From Lingula anatina (taxonomy: Eukaryota > Animalia > Brachiopoda), in assembly GCA_051362555.1 (NCBI GenBank), contig CM120641.1:35470401-35534400 (forward strand): DNA of 64,000 nucleotides, written 5' to 3'. The position numbers and the translations under genes are program-made. Positions 1 to 14,051 of this stretch are shown here, piece after piece. Each line of letters opens with the position of its first letter. Within the stretch, counting starts at the first letter, position 1. Under the pieces are notes generated by a model that was given only the letters and a program-made list of their open reading frames with translations, was not told the DNA's origin and made no database searches.

Positions 1-3000
1 ACATGTCACGAAGGCGCAGTCGGCAAGGTGGACCAAGCCAGGATGTTTCCATGGCAGAACCTGTGGAGACATGTGGTCATGAGGAGCAAGAGGAAGAAGG
101 TATCGGTATACTATATAGTAAACATTTTACCCTGTGGTAGATAAGCAAAGTGCTGGTTGAGGTATGTTTTGAATGCATGGCATGTTGTATATGATTTACC
201 AGTTATTTTATAGTAAGATTTTTAACCCTCATTTCTGACCAGTATTTTGCAACTGGGTTTACCAAAGCAAACCATGGTACCTAAGAGAATTTTCCACTTG
301 GACAGTGATTTGTGCTAGCTGTCATAGAGATTAGCCTTATTAATGGGATGTTCTTGCCTTTGCGTTTCTTACGAGTGCATATATACTGGCACTAGTTTAT
401 TCAAAGCATGAAATACAGGTAAAGTAAAAATAGGAACCACCCCAACAGTTAGAATTTAAGATATGAATAAATGTTTATTACATGGGTGGGGAGGGTTGGG
501 TATGACAGTTTATAATTGGTTGTATAACATTATAATTATCCTGATGCGTTTGTTTCAGTCAGTTTGGTAATTAACCTTGTTAAGCACTTTTAGAGAGCTA
601 TTGCTCTCCGCTTGTTTATTATCTATTACTCTATCATAAACACAGTCACCAGTGCAGACTCTGTTTATGGTAAAATAATTTCAACTATGGCAGTTAAAGT
701 GTCATTTAACATTTCACTGTTCTTATTTTATTTTCATGTAAAGTTACTTTGGTTACATTGGTAATTTCCTATAAGCATGATAGATGAAAATGATTTAATA
801 TTCGAACTGATATTTTACCTCAGACACATAGCCCTAATTAGTTTTATTTGTAAGCATGATAGATGAAAATAATTTAATATTGCAACTGATATTTTACCTC
901 AGACACATAGCCCTAATTAGTTTTATTTGTTTTCAGGGACTTGGAAAAAGATCAAGCCTAAGTCAGGTCCCTTGAAACACTCAGGGATCAAATGGGAAAG
1001 AGTGAAGGTAATTTAAAAGCTTTATGTGACTGTACATTCATATGGTGAGAGCAGAAACAGTTTTTTTCTTTCAATGAAAAATGAAAATTAAAATCTGGTA
1101 CAGGACACTCACAGTAGAATGGTATGGGCTTTAAAGCTTTGTCTATATCCCTTTCCTTTTACCTTTCTTCCAGGACATTGTCCACAACAACCTGACTGCC
1201 AGTCACCCAGATGAGAGAAAGGATGCCATACAGGTAAGTTTTGATATTATTTTAATTCCCAGGATACATGTTATTGGACACACAGGTTGACTTGTAGTGG
1301 AAATGGGGCAAAGTTTATGTTTTAGTAACCGTAGAATGATATTTAAACAGATTTTGCTAATCAATTTAATTTTGATTATTTGTTTTGGTCCTTAGCACTC
1401 AAAGGAACATGATTCTTGATTCATATGCTTTTTTATGTTTATTGGTTGAATAATTGGCTGAATAATTTCCTGTCAGTTATATTTTAGGGGGATTGTTGTT
1501 TGCATAAAATATTATTCATGTGCATGCATGTTGTGTCTGTGTTTATAAGGAGAGAGGATGGGACACACATGCCCAGCAGCATTCAAACTTTTATTTTTGC
1601 AGAGGGGCCTAACACTCAGCTTGTTTCATCTGTTTGTGAAATAGTTGAAATTTGCTGGAGGTTGCAGAAATATTTTGAAATTCATGCTTAACAATAATTA
1701 CTTGTCACTAAGTATCCTTCATCCCAGATTAACAGATAGAAGATTTTTAATTTGCTTTGTCACATAATTACTTATTTTTCATATAAGTTCACATAAACAA
1801 TGTTAATAAGCATCATCAGTTTCCCCTATCCCAGATTAACAGATAGAAGACTTTTAATTTGCTTTGTCACATAATTACTTATTTTTCATATAAGTTCACA
1901 TAAACAGTGTTAATAAGCTTCTGAATCATCAGTTTCCCCCTATCCCAGATTAACAGATAGACTTTTAATTTGCTTTGTCACATAATTACTTATTTTTCAT
2001 ATAAGTTCACATAAACAGTGTTAATAAGCTTCATCAGTTTCCCCTATCCCAGATTAACAGATAGAAGACTTTTAATTTGCTTTGTCACATAATTACTTAT
2101 TTTTCATATAAGTTCACATAAACAGTGTTAATAAGCATCATCAGTTTCCCCTATCCCAGATTAACAGATAGAAGACTTTTAATTTGCTTTGTCACATAAT
2201 TACTTATTTTTCATATAAGTTCACATAAACAGTGTTAATAAGCTTCATCAGTTTCCCCTATCCCAGATTAACAGATAGAAGACTTTTAATTTGCTTTGTC
2301 ACATATTTACCTATTTTTCATATAAGTTCACATAAACAGTGTTAATAAGCTTCATCAGTTTCCCCCTATCCCAGATTAACAGATAGACTTTTAATTTGCT
2401 TTGTCACATAATTACTTATTTTTCATATAGGTTCACATAAACAGTGTTAAGAAGCTTCCTGATTTAGATGTTAAAGCAATAAAGTGTGTCGGTTTATATT
2501 AGCAATTAGGCCTGTTGAAGAGCGGTGATACCATGGTGATGTTTGCACTGAAAGAGAGGCTGGAAAAGGAAGACGAGCAGGACGATGTGAAGTACGAAGC
2601 CACCAAGGCACTGGTGCTGCTAGGTGAGAAAATTGCATGTGCCAGGCTGTGGTAATGCAAACAACTTTACAAGAAACATTATATAATTCATAATTTAGAA
2701 TATAATACAGGTTTTGAACTTAGTGCAGCATGCAAAGAGAGTCTGAGTTGATGAGGGGTTCCTGAAATCTCATTGTTACCTTTAATATGTTTTTCTATTC
2801 AATCTGGTGCAGCCTGTTGTAGATTTCCTTGAATGTTTTTTTTTTAAACATTACAAACAAACTTGTTATCAAGCAGTTTATTCATATTCTTGTCCTCAGT
2901 CCATTTAGTTGCAAACTTTTTTCATGAATTTATGTTTCCTTTTCCTTGTGCTTTTTGAGGGAAATTCAAAATTGAGTTCAGTTTGCATAATTAAGTATAC

Positions 3001-6000
3001 TGCCTTTAATGTTTTCTGATTTTTTTGTGATTCTTCAGGTTGTTGGGAAGAAGATGTGGTTAAAATGATTGTTAAGTTTTTGGTGTCGGGGAATCAGGAA
3101 ACAAGAAAAGATCTGATACGTGCCATGATAAATGGACGAAATGTACAGTTTGTTAATAAGGTGATTTTGAAAAGATGCTCTTTTGATTAATTTTGATTTT
3201 CAGTTTATAAACATGGTAATAATAGCACATGGTAGTTTAGAAAAGTTATTTTCATGAAATTTGACAGAAACATGGGATGGCATATTGTAGATTGAACCAA
3301 GGCTTTTAAAGTCTTGAACCTAGATCAGCTTTTGTTTGTATTGGTATTTGGGCACACTGATTTATATTACACAAACAAGTCTTAGGTCTTTTTTTTTTGC
3401 ATAGTTATCATTTTAATTTACAAAACTTCAAAGTAATCCATACAATTATAAAATCTTGTTAAAAAATTTACAGAAAATGGAAGTTTTTCCCATACTGGTA
3501 GAAGTGCTGAGTCATTTCTGTAAGAACCCAGACCCCTGTGACCCTGTTGCCTTTGATGCCTCCCTGTGCCTTGGTAAACTGTGCGTGAAGGAAGAGGCAG
3601 CTAGGACAAGACTGCGGAAGACTTTATTTGAGACTAAGGATACACACATCAAAAATCAGGTAGAAGAGTTATTTTAGAACAAGAAATCTGCCAGATATCA
3701 GAACTGTGAATTCAATGTTTTTGCTGGCAAGTTCTGAAAAGTATTGTTTTATGATGTTTCATGATGCAAGGTTAGTTTCTACATTAAAATGTTTTGCAGA
3801 CAATGTAATTGCTAACACTTAAATCTGAAATAGTGGAAAAAGAAGTATTCTGGACCAAGCAATGGGCCAGTGCACAGTTTGATTGCATGAATTTGGTAGC
3901 ATGATCCTTTAGAGAGACATCATTGCTCAAAATTGAAAATGAGTCAATACTGTTTTAACACTGGTCTCACCCAATTAGTCAGACATTAGCAATGAACCAT
4001 ACTTTCCAAAAATGTAGTCTTTTTATCATGAAAGAAAAAAAATCACTTTCAAGAAAGTGAGACTCGAGAAGTTGTATGTTACATTTGATCAGTGAATGAA
4101 TTAAAGAAAGACATTTTTATTTACAGTTATTAACATGGTGCACACATTTTTGACACTTTTAACACAAAATGTCTGAAGCCTGACCACCACATCAGTCATG
4201 GGAGTTTTATTTCCAAATGTACCTTCCACTGACATCAGATAATAAGTTGATCATTCTTATAATATATCTTTCAGGCCCTGGACATACTGGTAAGACAACT
4301 GCATGAGAAGGATTGGGCCATCGTGAAGGCAGTTCTAATGCAACTGAGGCATTCTCCAAACTGGAGGCACAGAGCAGAGGCTGCCAAACTCATTGCTTTC
4401 CTGGGTAAGACTGCCCACTTGTGTTTTTTTCTGTACATTTTGACATTTACTTTATTTTGTGCTGTTTACTTTTTGGTTTTATATGTCTAACATAATTACT
4501 TGAAAGATTTTTCAATAATGTGAATGATTTCAAGACGCACTTATATTGTTTATTGCAAGAAATAAGTGTACCCACTGATTATTCCCTGTGTGTGTGTGTG
4601 TGTGTGCATGTGCATGCGCATGCGTGTGTGTGTGTGTGTGTGTGTGCACGCACACTTTCACACTTGTAGAAAATGTAAACAGAATGCCTTTTTATCTGTT
4701 TATGGTGTGATTTGTGATACTTACAGGTCCAAAAAACGTCTGCAAAGAGTCAGAGGTAGAAAAAGTTTTTGCCCTGTTGGAATCCAGACTCTGGGATGAC
4801 CCAGTCAAGGTGAGAGAAGAATTTGTGCTGAAATTGAATGTTCTTTACAGAAGATGCATTTAGTATATCCTGGTGATTATCTGTAATGGTTAACTTTCTA
4901 ATTAATAAATAAAAACTGAAAATAAAATAAAATTATCTGATAACACACAGCTATGTTTACAAGATTAAATGCAACAAACTTACAGAGAGCATACTTAAAG
5001 AACGCAACATTTTTATAAGATATAGCAAGCACTTTTTTTACATATTTTATATCCATATTCACACAATATTTGAAAACATCATGGTAAATAATGTTCCAGA
5101 GTGTGCGACTTGAGATCACGAAGGCCCTTCAGGCTCTAGGCATGTACCAGAGGGTGTGTGACAGGGCCATGAAGTAAGTGTAGTCACTTGATGTAATCAC
5201 TTGATGTAGTCACTTGATGACTCCAGCATTGTAATGTAATGATTGGTTGCTGCTGTCCTCTAATATAGAGATACAATTGCCATATAATAAAACTACTATT
5301 GAAATATTCATCAAAGAATATGTATTTCACTGCCACTTCTCTTAACTAATAGTAGCTTTCAAGCTTGATATTCACCCTTACAGTTGTATGTACAGTCACA
5401 AGGGCGACTCAAAGGGTGCATTCCCAGAGATTTAGATCAATCCAGAGATTTAGATTTAGATCGACCTAACTCCCTGGGGGTTCACACTAAAGTGCAGTCA
5501 GCCGAGCCTGCACCATAGTTAATTACCCCCTTACAGCTTTTAGTAGGTGGGACAGACGCTTAAGCTGGCTAAGCTGACGGTAATCTAGTGAGACTCTCCA
5601 CAGGGATAGATCAATCTTAAATCTATGGGAATGGGGTCTTAGTCTTAATGAAATATAGGGTAGCTGGTCTTACACTGCATTAAAAATGGAGGCTTTCATG
5701 TGTTTTGATGCGTTTTGTTTATTTTTCAGGCATCTTGATAGTACTGATGAAGACATAAGGTCACAAGCAGTGATTTCCCTGGTGAGAAAATTTTAAATTG
5801 TGATTTGCATTCATTCATTAATATATTTTCCTGGATATGTTAGTTTTCATCAGATACAGAAGTAGAAGTTATTAACTTATTAATTAATTTGTTTATTTAT
5901 TTATTTTATTGCTATGTTTCTAGTAAGCAAAGGTTTAGTTTATTTGCATGTTTGTTTGTTTATTGATTGTCATAAGTTGCTTATTTCAGGGAGTTCTTGG

Positions 6001-7540
6001 AAAGAAGGATGAAAAGACAGTCAGAATACTCCTGGAGATGCTGGAGCTGGATTCCAGTGAATATGTCCGTCTCATGGTGAGTCTTGATAAATAGGCATAT
6101 ACACATCCTCTGTCAAATATTAATGCATACACATGTGTAATTATATGCAGAGAAATGCTCACACATATGTACACTAGCACGTTTGCCCACCATATTCTTC
6201 TTGCATGCGCACGTGCACGCACACACTCACACACACACACACACCAAAATATCTGTGACTGTATCATGTTTTGATTGGTTTACAATGATCAAATAAAATA
6301 AGAACTTTTTGTGTTGTTTCTTTTCAGATTATACGAACATTTGCAACAATGGGTATCACTGACAAGAAGATAATACGAACTCTGAGGGAACGAGAGAAGA
6401 CAGAGGGCGTCCTTGGCAGGTGAGATTTAAAAACCAAACAATGATTTTATGACCTTTTTTAAACAAAAGTGTAATTTTCCTGGAAAAAAATACCATACCA
6501 TATTGTAAACTGTTAACAGATTTGCTATCCATAAACCTGTTTTCGAGTTTTCATTGTCTGAGTTTTGAGTACTTCTTATAATAGAAGCTCTAGTAGGTAG
6601 ATGAATTTTCCAGGTATGTTTTTCTTTATAAAGGTCAAGCACTCTGTTATGCCATTAAGAGTGTTGAACATTTTATTTGAAAACTGACAGGCTGACCTGG
6701 ATATAAACAGACTTATAGGCTGACATATAATGTATGATAGTTCATTTATATAGTATTTCTTTCTCAGTTCTAAGGTAGGATCTAATTATTAAATGCTTTT
6801 TAAAGCATCAAAATTATAATCATCTGCAGAAAGAAACTTTTCTAACATTTGGATAATTTTCTCTAGTGCCAGAAAGGAACTTGAGGTGAAATGGTGTAGT
6901 TGTTCAATGTGTAACATACTCAATGTGTAACACACTATTGTTTTAACTGTGTATCTCGACTAACAGCTGGTGTTATGTTTAATTTTGATATATCTACATA
7001 TTGTTAAGTGTGCTTTTATCAATATTTTGATTTTTTTTTTGTATATAATGCATAAATCTTCGGTAATTTTTTATGCTTTGAAAATACTTGTTTATATTAC
7101 CTGATGTAATGATTACATGTACCATACGTAAGGGGAAAAATCTATGTAGTTGCTGTTACCTGTAGTACCTGTAGTACATAATGTAAGAGGGTTAGAGTGA
7201 TTATGCTATTTTAAAGGGTTATGCAACAGTGCATAAAAATTGCCCAAAACATTATTTTGTGCACTTTTTTGTGCATAATGTTTGAACATTTGATGGCTTT
7301 GCTGCCTTTTTTCCTGTATGGTGTCTGTATATTTGTCAGTTTTGCTGTCTAGTTAGTAAGCATACTCTTTCCTTTTCTAAATACATAATTTGAAATGATT
7401 AATCTTACAGAGTTCTTTTCATTTCCTGTTAGCATGTACAAATCCCAAATATATATTCTTTTTCAATTTTCAGAGAATCTACCAAAGCGCTGAAACTGCT
7501 AGGAGCAAATCCCACCGTCTCAGCAACAAAGGTGATTTGA
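1..7540 (+). CDS. HEAT/ARM-repeat protein (HEATR4-like), 3' part, multi-exon; 5' end lies outside the window
   Basis: GT-AG exons at about 1-99, 937-1008, 1174-1233, 2503-2623, 3039-3160, 3474-3659, 4275-4404, 4727-4809, 5100-5173, 5730-5781, 5990-6077, 6328-6419 and 7474-7540 splice into one frame ending TGA. HEAT-like helical pairs include VKYEATKALVLLG, WRHRAEAAKLIAFLG, SVRLEITKALQALG, DEDIRSQAVISLGVLG and SEYVRLMIIRTF. Confidence 0.8.
772..930. repeat. Two-copy ~79 bp intronic tandem duplication just upstream of a splice acceptor
   Basis: taagcatgatagatgaaaat...cagacacatagccctaattagttttatttg occurs at 772-850 and 851-930. Confidence 0.9.
1721..2458. repeat. Intronic minisatellite, ~107 bp unit, about 7 copies
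   Basis: atcccagattaacagatagaagacttttaatttgctttgtcacataattac... recurs at about 1721, 1828, 1942, 2046, 2153, 2260 and 2368. Confidence 0.95.
5414..5638 (+). mobile_element. MITE family A (PIF/Harbinger, Tourist-like), intronic copy
   Basis: Imperfect TIRs gggtgcattcccagagatttagatc...gatcaatcttaaatctatgggaatggggtc, followed by TTA. Homologous copies lie at 13616-14051 and 63536-63667. Confidence 0.75.
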
Positions 7541-8575
7541 GGGCAAGATGTCAGAGTAAGATGGATCAACCTCTCTGGTTACTTTGAAGGCTGATCTTCA
7601 GCTCAAAGTTGTAGTTGCATATGACTGACTGGGAGCTTTTGTTAGGGGTGCATGTTCTTGATCTCATCTACTAGTAGACAGCACTTCAAAAGAGCAGACC
7701 CAAGAAAACCAGAATAAAAATTTCTTTAGAAATTAGTAGCAGTACCCGATTCAGTAAAAATGTCTTTTCCTCTTTTCCTCTTGTCCTGAAAATGTTATTG
7801 GTTATGAAGAACTTTCTGAGATATATATCCACAATCAAAGAGATACATTGTCAAAACAACAGCACTGAAAACAGAACTTCCATCATTGGTGGAAATAGTG
7901 ATCATGTCAACTTACAGCCACTGCAACCCATCAAATTGTAAACTCTATATGAACTATATTGTTATGTTATCTGAAGGAATGTTAGCTGGAACAACTGGTA
8001 TTTTATAAAAATATTTTGTCTTACTAGATACAGTATACATAGTGGTCCACATCATGAGACATCGAAAGTACTTTACTGTAAGTCAAAGCATATTGTAGGA
8101 AACAAGGGCTGTGAGGATAAGGGATTGATACTTTTTTTATAACTTTTTTTTAATCACTGAAAAAACAATGTTCATGTGGTGAGTTGCATTGATCAGGTTC
8201 TATTAACTTGAAGATAAAGATCATGTAAAAAGTACATCTTCTTAATGAAGAAATGTTATTTAATTTTAATGCATGGCTACATTTGCTGTAAATAAGGTTT
8301 TCTCATGTACCTGAGATTTTGTAATGCCATAAAATGTGATAGACTGTGAAAATAAAGATGTTGGTGGGATTTATTTTGTTTAATTATTAAGCTTTATTCA
8401 GTGAGCATAAAAGCATAGTAAATACAGTAGTGTATATCTTTATCTTCCACGTTGTTATTTAACCCCACAAGTTTTTTAACCCCTCAAACGCAAATACATA
8501 TTGTAACTGTTGAACAATTGTTTGTTTAAAAATAGAAAAGAAAGGAAAAAAACAATGAGATATAATTATATATAT

Positions 8576-9590
8576 AGACTTGACATTTAATATGGAATAT
8601 TTTTTCCAAATCATAATTCATTAATTTTTTTCCCTATTTTGCTGACTGATAAATAAAAATAAGGATTAAAATTGCGTTTTAATAACTTTTAAATCTCTTT
8701 GATGTCATTGTGACATCAGTTCATTAATTGAATTTGCCAGTGAAGCAAACAAAAATGCATTATGTATTCTAAGTCATACAAAAACGATTGAAAGCGATAT
8801 TTTGGAACTCCATATTTTCCAAATTATTGTCTTTAAAAGAGTTTCACGTCCCACAAAAGACCCTCATGTCGTTGTCTAGTCACAGCAGAGGTCGCTGTTA
8901 CGCCTGACCTCATCTGGCTGCTACCAGAGCTTTCAAGTGGCAAGGCATTTCTTGGGATAGGCTTTTAGAGTTTAATCTGGAATAAAATTCCAGGCAGCGG
9001 CCAAAACTTGCCCAATTTGGTTCAGTTTTGTTGTAGGATATGCAGGCCGTTGATTTGGCAAGTAATGACCTACCTTCGTATTGTCTACGTGGTTAAAAAA
9101 TGGCGATTTTGATGACCAAGGTAGCTGCTCATTCCCTTGGTTCTGCAAGTTATCTGCTATTAAAAGTGCTCTGCTGAGAACCAGCAATCTCATCGTGTAA
9201 CCTAAAATTGTTCCTAAGGTGCCCCCTATCAAATGAAAGTTAAGTGGTTCCCAGATTATTCCTTTATTTGATCTGCTTCAGGTTTTCGTTAAGGACTACC
9301 ATTGGTGTTTTGGCACCAATGTGGTATCCACTCCAAATACTGACGCTGTCAATGACCCTAGCGGCACATGCTTCGTCGTAAGCCTCTTCAGGATGTCTGT
9401 AAACTCTGTTTTGACCAGTTGAGCAGTACAAGTACATGTAAAATCTGACCTCAATAAAGAAAGCCACGTTGCTTCAGTGTTCTACCCAGAAAGGATCATG
9501 GTCCCCAATCCATTAGAGAAACAAACGACGCTGTTTTGCTGTTTACAGTGGCCTCCTCAGAGGTCGTCTGGTATCCTAACCTGCTGAAAC
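8576..9590 (-). mobile_element. Tc1/mariner relic, 3' half including the right TIR
   Basis: The TIR agacttgacatttaatatggaatat follows TATATA. Decayed DDE-region peptides SVSIWSGYHIGAKTPMVVLNENL and LPWSSKSPFFNHVDN match Tc1 VMVWG and WPSxSPDLNPIEN. Homologous to 24515-25980. Confidence 0.85.
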
Positions 9591-9941
9591 TATATAGCAC
9601 ACTGATTCCTAGTTGTAAAAATGATACCATTGCTTAAGTGGAAAATGCTGATGCTAATGGTTTTATGTACACACCAACGGCATCAAGCCCAAAAAGTATT
9701 CAGATTTTCCATGATTGATACTTCTAGAGTGTTTAATATAGAATCGCTTTGTGGGCATAAAACAGTTGACGGAGAGACAAGAAAGAGTAGACACCGACAC
9801 ATACTCTGCATCTGTCATTTTATTGAGATACCCACGCATCTATGTGGAACAAGAGGGGGATACATGTACTTCCTAAATTTGGGAGGGGGACGTGCGCAGT
9901 AACACTCACTGGATTGACCACTGATCTGAGCCTTCACACCC

Positions 9942-9944
<3 letters not shown>

Positions 9945-10013
<69 letters not shown>
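9945..10013. repeat. (TA)n microsatellite
   Basis: Uninterrupted TA run. Confidence 0.98.
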
Positions 10014-10016
<3 letters not shown>

Positions 10017-11667
10017 ACCAAATCTTGTCCTTTGCATAAAAAGCCCAGACCCCCTGTTAATAACGCCCTGGCTGGGCCCATTCTTTAAGGTGTCTTTGCA
10101 TTGTTTACAGCATAATGGGCAAGTTAATTGACCAAGTTAATTGGCCAAACTGCCAGTTTGTTTGTATGGCATGTGCAGGGGATGTCATAGATATATATGA
10201 AGGCCCTCACTTAAATAAGCTAATTTCGTAATGTAAGTTATACTTATTATACCAGAGATGAGGTAGGGGAGTATTTTCACTTTTGCTGATAAAACATGAA
10301 TGAAACTTAAAAAAAAACATTGTATTGTATCTCTTTAAATAGCCACTCCTTGCTATAATAATAGTAATCTGAAAATGGAATTATATCCTCAAACATTACG
10401 CAATCAAAGTTACTTCGAAACAGGACAAACTAAGCATAGTAAATTAATAATAAATGATTTTATAATTTCATCATCTATTTTTTTTTTTTGTTACTTTTCG
10501 GTTATGACACAATTACTGAATTGTTATTAATGTACTTTATACCCATTTTAGAATTAATTTTAGCATTACAAGCTTCACCTCAATGTTCAACTTATGAATA
10601 ATATTACTACTTTTTCCTGTGGTTATTACGGGTGTTTTTTCATATATGTTGGTGTTTCTGTAATTCCAGATAATTACTTGTAATCAAGAAGTATTGTTCA
10701 CGATTCAAAGTTAATTTGCTGGACAGACACATTCAGTAGACAATGCATGATTTAAACTACTCACACGTCCTACTAAGCGTAAAGTGACGAAGTGCTGTGA
10801 CGAAATATTTAATTAATGCATGTAGCAATCAAAGTGATTAGTGCTGAAGTATAAGATAAACTTCTACCAAAACGCTAAACCGTCATACCCACACTAAGAT
10901 CAACAACTGTGCTTTAATGTCTCTCCTTATTTTGAAAATCGTTATTTCAGCAACCATGTACACTTAAATAATCAAGTTCTGATGAAACTGACCATCTTTT
11001 TTTTCCTCAAAAGTGCTAACCGTCACACTGACACAAAGATCAACAACTGTGCTTTAATGTCTCTCCTTACTTGAAAATCGTTATTTCTGGGGCCATATAC
11101 ACTTAAACATTCTGGTTCTATGAAACTGACCATCTTCTTTTTCAAAATCGCTTATGACATTTAAAAGAGTGCTGAGTTCCATCTAACACTTCTACCAGTA
11201 TTATTGTTACTGTTGATATACCACTAGTAACCATAGTAACCAGTAATATTTGTGCTGAACATACGCGTAACAGAAAATAATTAAATATGCATTTAAAATA
11301 TAAATATAAATTTAGTAATATCTCAAATGTTTCAAAGCCTTTTGAGCAGTTGCATACAAGCAGGTATGAAGCTATTACACTTAATTCAGTTAGATTTCAG
11401 GTGTTATCCATTGGAAGCGGTCCAATAATTATATATTCTGCGGCAAGCTATCAACAGGAAATCCATGAATAAAATTATTAGAATTTTCCCTAATAGATCA
11501 TACGGTATATCTTTAGACTCGTCATTAACCAGCACGCCTAACATAGTAAGTCTTAGAAATCTCCCTTTATGAACAAAAACAAAAAATGGAAAAAAAATCT
11601 GTAATAACGCACAGATATTTACAAAATAACTCAGCTGGATAAACAATGATTTCTTCAAATTCGTCTT

Positions 11668-13123
11668 CTAATTAAAATTATTGAATTTCAATAATTTGAA
11701 CATTGCCTTTCTGATGTTTGTATTCAGCAAACCGTAGATTAAAGGGTTGACTGCTGAGCTAAGCAAAACTAATTCCGAACTAATATTTAAAAGAGTAACA
11801 AAAAGATTCCTGTCGTTTAAAGACTGCTCCAGGTATGGCCCTATTATTCCACTAGGAAGAATCAGCACAATTAGTGTGCATACTGTAAGGGCTGTCATTT
11901 TAGCAAGTTTTGCCTCCTTTTTGTTCGAGGTTGAGACAATCGTTGGAATTTCGGCTACAGGTCTTTTCTTTGCTGGATCTTCATTGATGATTTCGCTACC
12001 TAGGTGCTCGATTTGATCAACAGATTGTTCATGTACAATTTGTGTGTCTTTGAATTCACTATGCACTTTAGTTGCGCATGCCGCGTTGCCTGTTGACGTG
12101 GAAGGTATCGGTTCTGTTGGGTTTTCAGCTAGCGGTTGCTTTAATCTTTGTCCAATATTACCATCTCGAGTAGTCGAGCTGGAAACGTCATTTGCTTGCC
12201 CTCCGTCCGGTCTCGTGTTTGTAGGCGACATTTGACCGTCAGCTTCCATGAGTTGATTCTGTCGCATGTCGCACGGAGCACACGATGTTGACGCTAAAGC
12301 TCCTGCACTCTGACTTACCCTCCGTGGACGTACATATACATGTAGAGCCCGGGGGATCCTCAGGGTATTTTTATGCAAAGTATTAACTTCAGCTCTGTTA
12401 TTAGTGACCAATCTGTCATTTATTCTTCTTTTATTAATTTGGACATGACGGAAAATCGCAACGTACAGTCCAAAGATTACCAAAAGACAAATTGGTACGT
12501 GTGGCAGTATCACGTATTTCGCGAATTCCCTTTGAATATCCTGTGGTCTGCATTCTTTGTCTGGGGACCAATTGTGCCAGCCAAACAATGGGGGGAGATG
12601 TATGGCAATACCGTAGAACCAAGTCAGTATTATGGCTGCTTTGTGTCTTTCCCGGCTAAATATTTGTTGGTACCGAGTGTTTCGACAAATTTTTATGTAT
12701 CTCTCAAATGCAATGAGTAACTGATGAAAGAAAGATACTGGGAGGAAACACCCGCCCATGAAAAGCTTTATGAGACAAAATAGTTTTTCATGCCTAAGAT
12801 GCTGCAGATTCGACACCATATCAATGAGATACGTTGAAAAAAATATTGAAGGGTGCGAACAGGAGTCCGGTGAGCAGATCAACAATCGCAAGGCTGAATA
12901 TTGCATAATTAACCTGCACTTGTAATTCTTTGAACTTGAGAAAAGTAGCGATAAAAAGACTGTTACCGAAAATGGTTGCACCAGATAATATGATTTCCAC
13001 AACAATGAGAACAGCGCAAGTGCCATGTTGGATTTCGCAATAACGCTTCTCCAGGTTAGTTCCATTTAAAATAGAACCTGCAGACATCGCTAGAACAGTC
13101 TCATTTCTCGGTGCAGTGCTCAT
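11668..13123 (-). pseudogene. Intronless orphan class A GPCR, copy 1; +1 frameshift in an A7 run near 12837-12843 (pseudogene or assembly error)
   Basis: ORF 12821-13123 carries the N-terminus to TM2 (GN, LAIVD) and ORF 11668-13065 carries TM3-TM7 (ERY, NPLIY) in another frame. Removing one A gives an uninterrupted 484 aa protein colinear with copy 2. Confidence 0.85.
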
Positions 13124-13508
13124 TTTGAGATAATTTTCCGCCGTGATATCAGTTCAATGGTATACATATACAGTGTAAATGTATGTGGATGTCCCTGCTT
13201 CTGGCACTTTCTTAACGTCGTGACATTTTATATCATTTTCACAACCAATAAGCTCAAAACCAAACCTTGTGATTATGGAAACTTAGCACGTAGACGTCCT
13301 TACCCTGGCCTGCAAAGCAATAAACACCGTAGCCTATACAGCAATTATTACCATGGCCTGTACAGCAATAATGCGTCTCTTGTTATGATTTAATGATATG
13401 GTCACACTGATTTAAGTTTATGGATGACATTCGCATTTCCATGACAGTAAGGTTGAGGTATATGGTGGCCTTAAAGTGGATCTACAGTATTTTCAGTGAT
13501 ACCACGCC

Positions 13509-13609
13509 TGGCGCTTCGAACAACAGGAAAATTGCACTAGTATTTCGCATACAGGCTTGACTGTATTTTCGTACGCTTTGGTGTGTTCATCCTATTGTTC
13601 AAAGCGCCA
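13509..13609. repeat. ~100 bp element with ~20 bp terminal inverted repeats (small MITE-like)
   Basis: tggcgcttcgaacaacagga ... tcctattgttcaaagcgcca; absent from duplication unit 2. Confidence 0.55.
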
Positions 13610-13615
13610 CCCTTA

Positions 13616-14051
13616 GGGTGCATTCCCAGAGATTTAGATCGATCCAGAGATTTAGGTTTAGATCGACATAACTCCCTGGGGGTTCACGCTAAATTGCAGT
13701 CAGCCGAGCGCGCACCATAGTTAATTACCACCTTACAGCTTTTAATAGGCGGGACAGACGCTTAAGCCGGGTAAGCTGACAGTAAGACCCCATTCCCAGG
13801 GATTAGATCGATCTACTTTGGATCGACCTAACTCCCTGGGGGTTCACGCTAAATAGCTGTCAGCCGAGCGGGCACGAAAGTTAATTACCCCCTTACAGCT
13901 TGTAGTAGGCGGGACGGACATTTAAGCCGGATTATCTGACAGTAATCTAGTGAGGCGGGGATAGATCGATCTAAAAGCTCTGGGAATACGCCCTAATCTA
14001 GTGAAACTCCCCACAGGGATAGATCGGTCTAAAATCTATGGGAATGGGGTC
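13616..14051 (+). mobile_element. MITE family A with a second family-A copy nested inside (13786-13993)
   Basis: The outer copy matches 5414-5638. It is interrupted at gacag-TAA-tctagtg by gaccccattccca...tgggaatacgccc, which has TAA on both sides. Confidence 0.85.

Noticed and set aside
1721-2458. CRISPR-like array
   Set aside because: The units repeat in full with no unique spacers, lie in a eukaryotic intron, and have no cas genes nearby.
9815-10081. IYIYIY, VCVCVC and MYVC ORFs (also 4566-4799, 24309-24602, 55186-55503)
   Set aside because: These are translations of microsatellites.
11747-12720. Plus-strand ORFs repeated at 17128-18095
   Set aside because: They are antisense shadows of the GPCR CDS and recur only because of the duplication.
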